Below, piece by piece: positions 55,020-64,000 of a DNA stretch of 64,000 bases (positions within the stretch are counted from its first letter, which is position 1; every line of letters begins with the position of its first letter). The translations under genes were made by a program, and so were the position numbers. The notes under the pieces are model-generated. The model was not told the DNA's origin. It did not search any database and was given only the letters and a program-made list of their open reading frames with translations. Origin of the DNA: Tubiluchus corallicola. Its lineage: Eukaryota > Animalia > Priapulida. The stretch spans positions 744,001 to 808,000 of the forward strand of contig JAQGDQ010000026.1 in the NCBI GenBank assembly GCA_030141605.1, in the 5' to 3' direction.

Positions 55020-56369
55020 TCATGGTGACACTTTTCTAATATCTTCTCGCGAGATCTCGCCCTTTTGTCCTGCATGCATAATATCAACAACCTTCCACAT
55101 TTTGCGTTGAAAGTTGATAACACCCTCAGAGGAATGACCAGTATAAGTGAAAATCCACCCAAAAGCACTCATAAGAGTACGCATATTGACACCAGCACTC
55201 TCTTTCTCATAACCAAATGCATAATGTGACTTGGGCTCAATGCCCAGTTTACGAGTCAAAATTCCTGTCACGTAAACATCCTCTACTGGTATGATAGGCG
55301 TAGAAACAGCAACATTGTATAACTGAGCTGCAAGGTTGACGGACATGATGTATCCTGCACCTGAGCAGTACAGCGGGAAAAGACTTTCGTTGAACTGTCG
55401 CTTCGAGACATACCATTTAGATTTCTGGTCTCGTTCTGGGACGCCGCCATTCTTTGCCCGGCATACGAGATGATCGGGTTGCTGACCCGTCTTTCTAATG
55501 TAACGCAGAATGTTAGGTATGTGCACGAATGTGTCGTCATCCGTTTTCAACACGTAGGGTGCGTTACTGCAGTATGTGCTTGCCCACTTTAAAGCCATTA
55601 CAGCTTTAAGCGTCAAATTTCTATAGGTGTCCTTAAACTGTCCTTGAAGTATATCGCCATGGGCATGACTTTCTTCCACAATAGCTTCTTGGTCATCAGC
55701 GTTCTTGGGTATTCCCAGAAGGAACAGTGTCCGTATTCCATCTCGCGGTTGTCCCCAAGTTTCACGCAGCACCTGTCGTTCCGCGAAATTACTCGATGCC
55801 GACATGACCAGATTAACTAAATCAAGAAGTTCATAGCTTTTGGTATTACACGCACGTTTAGCAGTTAATATGAACGGATAAAATTGTTTATTAACGTTAA
55901 AGCCGTCCCTGTTATCTTTCACAGGCTGAAATTTGTAGACGTTCATTCTATTCACCAAATGTGGTGTGAAACGGCCCTTATAGGTGGCCTCAATATGGCG
56001 AATATTGTTTGTCTTTGCAATACTAGACAGGTTTGATTTCGTTTCCACTTTTTCTGCTTTAGAGCGTTTTGCATTTGAATGCTCTTGTTTGGTTTCATTT
56101 TGCAGATATAAATAACGATCAGTTGTAAACCTTTCTTCTTCATAGTCAAAAATATCGAGGCCATCAGTTGTTGTGGTACTTCGATTTACTGCAGTCACAA
56201 ATTTAATACTAAGCAATTGTCTTCTAACGGTTCGTCTGTCAGAGTGCAACACGTATGGAAGCTGTACAACGAAGATAAACAGAGATGTGCCCATCAAGAG
56301 AGTCAATGGAAGGGGAAGTCCACAACTGCTGTTGCACACAAGTGGTCCCCAACCCCTTCTCCTCCTCAT
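55020..56369 (-). CDS. GT31-family beta-1,3-galactosyltransferase-like protein (B3GALT1/2/5-like), type II Golgi membrane protein, 449 aa, single coding exon
   Basis: Uninterrupted ORF with a basic N-tail MRRRR, a hydrophobic anchor LPLTLLMGTSLFIFVV and Galactosyl_T motifs RETWG, LFLLG, GDILQGQFKDTYRNLTLK, LKTDDDTFV (DxD), SKWYVS, YCSGAGYIMS and EDVYVTG. First ATG is at 56369. A strong acceptor (ttctttgttttAG) lies at 56384, so the ORF-track GTG start is the splice site. The precise ortholog cannot be assigned. Confidence 0.92.
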   Translation of the reverse strand: MRRRRGWGPLVCNSSCGLPLPLTLLMGTSLFIFVVQLPYVLHSDRRTVRRQLLSIKFVTAVNRSTTTTDGLDIFDYEEERFTTDRYLYLQNETKQEHSNAKRSKAEKVETKSNLSSIAKTNNIRHIEATYKGRFTPHLVNRMNVYKFQPVKDNRDGFNVNKQFYPFILTAKRACNTKSYELLDLVNLVMSASSNFAERQVLRETWGQPRDGIRTLFLLGIPKNADDQEAIVEESHAHGDILQGQFKDTYRNLTLKAVMALKWASTYCSNAPYVLKTDDDTFVHIPNILRYIRKTGQQPDHLVCRAKNGGVPERDQKSKWYVSKRQFNESLFPLYCSGAGYIMSVNLAAQLYNVAVSTPIIPVEDVYVTGILTRKLGIEPKSHYAFGYEKESAGVNMRTLMSAFGWIFTYTGHSSEGVINFQRKMWKVVDIMHAGQKGEISREDIRKVSP

Positions 56370-57039
56370 CCGGAAGACAAACACTAAAACAAAGAAATCT
56401 GCATTAGTAATAATGAGCTATTAAGGATTGTTCATTTTTTAGTAACGTTAAGTGTTAATTACGCGAGTCAATGCTCCATTTGACGTCTCGTTTGTTGCCT
56501 TGGTTATCAAAGCTATTGTCTGCTACAGAAAAAAATCACAAAAGTTTAAAATAAATTTGAATTTTTTACTATATGCGCCAAAACAAACAAAACTGATTGC
56601 TAATTTTGAAGAAAGAGAGCAACCCAAAAGTATAAAAGTGTCGTGTAATGATGTGTATCATATTAGTGCCTGTACTTTGTGCTTTTGTAGTTTCCCTCTT
56701 CCTTCCTAATTCGTTGAGTCAGTCTGTTTGTGTGTGCATCTGTCTTCGAGCAGCAGTAGTGATAACTCTTTGCTGGCTATGTTGTTTTGAATTTCTTATA
56801 GAGTAAATAGAGTAAGTAGCTTCAGTTGATAAAGATTCACGTCTTTGTTGTCCAAATTGTTAAGCATGTTTCTGTCATGAAACTTACGCAGAAATGCGAA
56901 TTCGGCACAAGACTGTACTTTAGCTTAAAAATAAAATATCGTTGAGGCTACTTGCAATGAAGATTTCTAAACGTTGAACAGCGAAAAATATCTAAGTGCC
57001 TCCTTTTTAGAGCTGTCAAATTCTTGTGTAAAGTGTGCA

Positions 57040-57530
57040 TATAACCTTTTCTCCAAATGACATAAGTGCCCAAAATACTTAGTGTCCGGATATCGTACTA
57101 TCTAAATGGCCTGTCCAAATGAGCTGTGACTAAATGACCTATGTGTCCAAATCAACTTGTATCCAACTTACCTGTGCTTTCAATAGCCTATGTCCAATGA
57201 CCTATGTGTTTAAATTGCCTAGTATCCAACTTGTCTACATGTCCAAAACGAGTAATGTCCAAATATTCTGTGTGGCCAAAATTCTTGTAGTGTCGAAGTG
57301 GATTGCCTGAACAATTGGCCTACGTGTCCAACCCACCTCGTGTTCAAATTAACCATGACTGTATCCAAAATACTTTGTGTTCAAATGACTTATGTGTCCA
57401 AACATCGTGTGTACAAAGGAATCTGTGTTCAAATTACTTGTGCATCCAAATAACATACGTGTTCTGAATACATTGTGTCCAAATTACATGTATGTCCAAA
57501 GTACCTTGTGCCTATGTGTCCCAACGTTTT
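57040..57530. repeat. Degenerate ~20-bp tandem array with a TGTCCAAAT/TGTTCAAAT core
   Basis: The core motif recurs roughly every 20-25 bp across about 500 bp with variable linkers. Confidence 0.75.
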
Positions 57531-59668
57531 GTGGCGAAGCATCCTATGTACAAATGTTTATTTCGAAATGTCTGCATAACCTTCTCGGTCTCGAAATAGG
57601 AAATTTTGGGGTCAATTGTGCACAAAAGACTCCGCTGAAAGGGAGTCATTTAAAATATGTATGCTGTCAAAACGATGTCAAGCAGACATTTTAGGGATCA
57701 GTTGTTGATGTCACGTTTCATATTAGCTGATACTTCAAGGTCAAACTCAAAGTCTCAATTTTGTAGTAAATATAAAATTATGTATAGTGTATAGTTATGC
57801 ATACTGTTACATTTCACCTTGGAAAACCGGACAACCGAAAAATACATTTATTTTTGATGAGTTAAGTTTAACAATAATGATTTACTCCAGAGAATATAGT
57901 GTATCTTTAAGCGAAATTACTGTCTTCACGGCTAGCAGGACCAGCAAAAATATTCGCTTATCGAGAGCAAACTCCATTTTTCTACACTATAAGTTAGCTT
58001 TTCTTCCATATGTATAGTCTTTTAATTAATAGTCCTCAAAAGTTCCATGTTTGTTTTATGTGACTAGACCAATATTAGCTAAATTTCTCTATTTATTTTT
58101 TTGAACATTTTTATAAATAGAACAGCGAAAATTTTCATGCATTAAAAGTTGTTTGTTAACATACATCGGTACATAAAATCTAGTTATAGGTTACAGGTTA
58201 TAGTTAATTTAGTACTACATGTATAGGTAGTCATGGGAATAAATTAGTAGTATTAATGTGTCATATGAAAATCATACGGACAAATTTAAGTAGAATATTC
58301 GACTGCAAATCAATTCGTTTTTTGGCAATCAGTTATGAAAAACTGTTCCGGTATGATAATTTTTTGAAACTCATGCATTGAGAAATGTAATAATGACAGG
58401 GAGAAGTCGACAACTTAAAAATGTCACAAGCCAAACTACAACTCGCAGTAGACAGACGTTATTTTATGTCCCACAATTTTTATGGATGCCTCGTCGATTC
58501 TTCAGATGTTAACGTTTCTTGTACAAAACAATTTTACGGCAGTGAGTTAAAACCACTTATATTTATTGAGCGTTCATGTGACAATGATCCGACTCTAGAG
58601 GTGAAAGTTTGCCCCTCAAATTTCGCTCACTCAATAGCTGCCTCGAACTCACCTCGCTTGATCATACCGATTACAACCAAGCCGATAGCTACCATAATTA
58701 TCTTGGCTACGATTAAAGTGTTTAAGAAGCTTCAGCTAAATAGAATTTCGGGATTTATCAGATAAGTTACAATTAAGCCAGATAAAATCGGTGAAAATCG
58801 TAAAGCACGGGATTAAACTTTTCGCAGTTAAGTTCAGAACTGAAATTTCAATCGGAAGAAATGACTGAGAAATCAGCCAATGACTGACAACTGCGAAGTC
58901 CCGAAAAGCAGCGTCAGGATTTTCAAGTGACTCGAGTGTCTTATCAAATTACCATTAAACTCCATCGCTGTTACTAGCCACCGAACTTCATTTTTAATTT
59001 AAATAATTTAGTAGCGCTTCAAGCCTCTAATTTCCCGATCCACTTTTGACCAGAATTACGTTAATTACTGAACCAGGTTTTCCAAAGTTATATAGTGCAT
59101 TGCCTGTATTTGTTAATTGGAGCGGGAGTCAAGGGAAACAGAGTATGCAGTTTGCCTCTGCTAAATTATACCCATCTTGCAAATTAACTAGAATTGACAA
59201 GTATGTATGTGTCCTTCTTTGTGTTTCATTAAACAACCAAGGTTAAATTTCAAAAGTCCGGCGCCAAATGGCAATTGAAAACCAGCGGGCGTTTGACGGA
59301 GGAAATTTAGGGTAGCGAAAGGGAAGTTACCAAATGATAACGGGCTCATAAAACTAGTTTTATGAAAAAAGCGATGAGGTGACAGTTTGAATAAGAAATT
59401 GGTTTAAACAGAACTTAGCCTTGTTAAAGTTATAAAGTTAAACTGCCATGTCACTATATTTCAAAATTGAAATTTTACATACGTTTTCTTTTTTTTGTAC
59501 TGTATGTATTTTTGGCACTAATAAACATGATGATAAATATGATATAAAAGAAGCACTTCCCCGAACAACAATGTTTTTTTGTTTTATAACAGTTTGGTGA
59601 AAGATTTGTGTAGGCAACACGAAATTCACAAAATTTCTAGAGGTATGGGGGAGGCATGCACGAATATA

Positions 59669-59906
<238 letters not shown>

Positions 59907-62900
59907 TTCTCACCTTCTCTCGCTCGGCCACTGCTACCGTGCTACAAGAATTACCCAACATTGCGCAAAGTCCATATTTGTTGCTGTTTAGCGTGACAAT
60001 ATCAGTTCTTTAAACTGCACTTTAATACAGTAAAGACAGTATACAATACAGTACTTGTATAGCAATTTTACAGAGAGGGAGAGAAGTGCAAGTGTAGTGA
60101 CGGAATTTGCAAAATTGATTTTGCAATAAGCATTGTAGGCCTATAAATTTATATGTAAAAAGATTGTGAAGGTTTTTTGCTGTTAAGTGATCTATAACAA
60201 ATTACAAAAAAATAAGCTTTAGTTTTATGTGCTCGTGTGATGTTGTATTTCTTAGCATCTTTATGGGACTATTGCTTTTTTTGCCTGTACAACACATTAG
60301 AATATACAAATTTGTGCTATTTCAACAAACGCGCGTAAACTCATATTTGGATTTTATTTTACACATTAATGTGCTGTTGTAATCATCAACGTCGTGTTAG
60401 AAATTATTTTGTAAAAATTGTACATTATATTGAAATTTACGTTCCTTTTCAGAAAAAAGGGAATGGAGAATGGCCGAGTTTAAGCCAATGCGGCGAGTAT
60501 ATCTACAAACGAAAAATTAATACCAAGGGAAGTATTTTGTCACGTACTCTTTGGAGCATAAATATACAATAACCTTTCTGGCATCGTACTTTCCATTCTA
60601 AAATGCTTATTCATGTGTTACCACGTGAAAGGGACTCGCCTCAGGGATTATGTGAAATTCTCAACGACAACACTAATACGTGACGCCAGAAATTACAATT
60701 CCATAACCGCTCATCTAGGTATGATAATTATTGTCTTGCCTACAAGCGGCCAGTGACTTCCCTGATCTGCGAGATCTGGTCATCGGTCTATTGTAGTCGC
60801 TGAACCGTCGGACAATAATGATTTGCAGTGACCCTTGACGACCTGCCGTCACTTTCACACGATATCATAAAGTTTTCAATTATCAATTACTGGTTAACTG
60901 AAAATTATTCGAACATTTACGAGTCAAACAAAGAACAAACGTATGGAGTAACGTATTTTCCACTTTTCATAAAGTATATTATTCTATGCAAGGTTCAAAC
61001 AATATGAAAGTAGGCTAACGTACCACTTATTTGTCACAAGTCTCTTTATTTGACTACTGCATGCGCATATATATATAAAATTGTTTGTATATCATTAAAA
61101 TGTCTGTTAAATAGATTGACTATTCTGTTGTGTTTCTCGGTTGAAAATTGTAGTTTCCGGTGTTATAGGAAGAAGGAAGGACAAGAAAGTTTAAAATTAT
61201 TGGCAATTAAGCAATTAAGTAACTACATGCCATTAGTTTTCTGTATGTATGTGAAACTGCAACTGCTGAAAATTGTAAAAATTGTACTGATAGAAATAAA
61301 CATTGCAAAGGAACGCAGACGTTTCAATCTTGTTTTCTTTAATGCTATTTAACAGTGTAGAGTTACAGTAGAGCAAGGTGGAGTAAAATGTCTATATCAC
61401 ACATGAAGATTTTGTGTAACTTAATTATGCTGATATTAGTCAACTAATAACTAACGTAACCGACATGTTATATGAAGAATACACGGTTCTGTGGTAAATG
61501 CATGTTTTAGAAGGAGCAATTGCGCAAAATTCGTAAAACATTTGAACTTCTTTTTGCATTATTAAAAAGTCCAGCTTATTGACATTTTGTCAAATGCCTA
61601 TACTGCAAGATTTCCAGAATAATAGATTATAAAGACAAAAGCCAAAAACGCTGCAAATGTTAGATCAGGTAGGCTAAAAAACATCTCTAGTTCATACTGT
61701 AAAACTTATTTGTCTTTCTGTTGTAATGCTAAAGAAGATATCTTATCATGTGATCAGTAAAGCAAGAAGGACTGGGTTATTTTGCCCCGCTGTCCCCTAT
61801 AAGAAACCTTTATTCGCTTAGTGTGTTTTTGCATTTTACTGCATATTAATAGTTACTTCTTTCATCTTCCAGAAAAAATAGACTTAAACAATTTTCATTG
61901 GTCAGTATGCCTATACGCGTTTTCGAACATTCAAAAGCAACATAATTATGCCCATTGAAGAAATACGTCTTTGATTCAAGTTCCGCATTTCATAATATTA
62001 TTATCTTTAGACTTTTGCCAAATAAACCTTTTATTGTGTCAGGCCGCCAAAGTGCTCTCAAATCAGCTTTAATCCACTGTTGTGGCAGTTGATGATAAGC
62101 CGCTATACAGGACCTTTTAATAAGCCACTATAATATTGCGGAAACAGCTAAGCATTGTGTTGTTTCCTGTGTTTTCTCTTTCACTCTACGATCCCAGCCT
62201 GTAAACATTTTGCTGTCCAACCAGGTAAGGTAAACTGCAGAAAGCGTGCTTTTATCTCCCGTTTTAGTCGCTTAATGGATTTGCGCGTGCATTCAGAAGT
62301 CAATCCATTATCTAAAACCCGGTGAAATACGTTGACCCTCTGCTCCCACACCTTGAAATTTCATTGTTCAACTAATGTAAATAATGCAGGAGACAACAAT
62401 ATTTGCTGGCTTTGCGGTTTAATCCATCTAAACAAAGTGGTGGAACGTCAAAAAAGGTAAGCTAGGAAGATAACAACAGCATTTAAGCGTTTTACACGAG
62501 TTGTTTAAAAATTCGAGAGTTCACGCTGCTCATTTCATAGTAAAATAATACATGGCGTATGCTGTTCTTTTAGCACTGTATGCGTATTTAAAATTAAAAT
62601 TACAATATAAAAGAGTGTACTGAAACGTGCACTCATTATCGTTGCACCTAAATTCATGTTGCCACCTGTTGGTAGGTCTCTCTTTGCCATCGACATATTT
62701 TACCAAAGTTTCGCTAGTCCAGAATCATTTTAACATATAATTGATTAAAACGTTTAAAGTAAAACGTTGTTTAATTTTTTAATAACGATATTAACTTTTA
62801 AAGTTTTCCCAGAAAAAACGTTTTGCAAACGATTGTGTATGCACAATGCAACTTAAGTTTTGTAGATGCTTATATCTAGTTTGTGTCGTAAAATTGTGCG

Positions 62901-63798
62901 AAGATTATTGTTAATTATGAGATGTAAAATAAAAAAGAGGTGAACTTGATAAAATTTACGACTATTTATTAGTTATTACCAGTATTTCAAAATATACCTT
63001 AATTGTTCTTTTATATTTTTACAACGTTTTTGGAGAGTTTTAACGTTTTCGTCAAAATTATTGTTGCAAAGACTTCTCTTGAACGGAGTAAAATTGTACT
63101 GGTATTAGGATTTGAAGGCGGGTACAAGAGACCATACCTTGTTTACCTAGACCTTGTTATCCTTCAAATAGTGTGCATTTCGCCTTAAATATGAATCTTC
63201 CGCTTACTTTGGTTATAACTAGCAAAGTTCAGTGCACGGGCCCCACACAAACAAACTGGACAAGTGTGAACTGGGAAGTATATGCTACTTCCACCAAAAG
63301 TAACAGTTTTTTGTTAAACTTTCCAATAAACAACGCAGTAGCAGAATGAGAAACGTGAAATTATAGTACCTCCGTTTGAAGTCTGGAAAGAGAGCACATG
63401 TGGAGTGGCCATGAGCTTAAAGGCCGGCAGCTTAAACATCATGTGTATTCCGACTAGAAGTTATTTGTTTTGAAATTTAAAACTGGGTAATTGAAAACTG
63501 CTGTCAAGTGGTGTCCAGAAAAGAAGTGCACTCACTACTACAAAAGTTCTAAACGTATTTTAAGAGCCAGACCATTCACGCATGTGCGCAAGTTTTTGAG
63601 ACCTATTATTAACCAGAGAATAAGATACTAACGCGAGGTCACTCGCGTGAATTTAGCCACGTGGATAATTTCAGTTGCACTGATCTATAGGTTTAAATAA
63701 ACAAAATGGACAAAGACATGAAATTGAAATTGGGAACAGCGTAGTGCGAGGAAGAATAACAAACGAGAGTGTACCAAACTCTGAGTAATGAATGATCT

Positions 63799-63819
63799 GC
63801 AGCAGCAGCAGCAGCAGCA
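63799..63819. repeat. (GCA)7 trinucleotide repeat
   Basis: Directly visible; not in any supported ORF. Confidence 0.9.
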
Positions 63820-64000
63820 TAGGCTACATATTAAGTCCTATATTTGCAGCCCACCCAGTTTAATATTTTTTCTTTTATTGGTCAGTTTTGTTTTATTTTA
63901 GTTAAGATAATTCTAGCTTTTAAGAATTATTTATCATAATTCAGAAAACTGCCTGGTTTGCTGCCTATTCCTTATTACGAAAATTGATAAAAAAAAAATT

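Noticed and set aside
55283-56424. Overlapping ORFs within the galactosyltransferase gene
   Set aside because: Short alternative-frame or antisense ORFs with no motif support.

Overview
AT-rich eukaryotic genomic DNA from an animal, most plausibly an invertebrate bilaterian (inferred from protein similarity, GT-AG introns, microsatellites and LINE remnants). Three protein-coding loci are supported, all on the minus strand. (1) The first coding exon of a CRIM1-like gene (signal peptide plus IGFBP domain, 26541-26853), followed by an apparent first intron of more than 26.5 kb that runs off the left edge. (2) A complete 15-exon sorting nexin 6 (SNX5/6/32 family, PX-BAR) gene, 31158-47463, which I reconstructed by hand to 1245 nt / 414 aa with all-canonical splice sites. 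(3) A single-coding-exon GT31 beta-1,3-galactosyltransferase-like gene, 55020-56369. The rest is intronic or intergenic DNA containing 3'-end fragments of non-LTR retrotransposons, MITE/hAT remnants, microsatellites and a two-tier minisatellite. There is no CRISPR array, rRNA, tRNA or prokaryotic system. I found no convincing previously undescribed biological system. The best leads are a hairpin-forming 65-bp repeat amplified out of an older ~140-bp array, a Smad-site cluster in the CRIM1 intron, and candidate alternative splice sites in SNX6.
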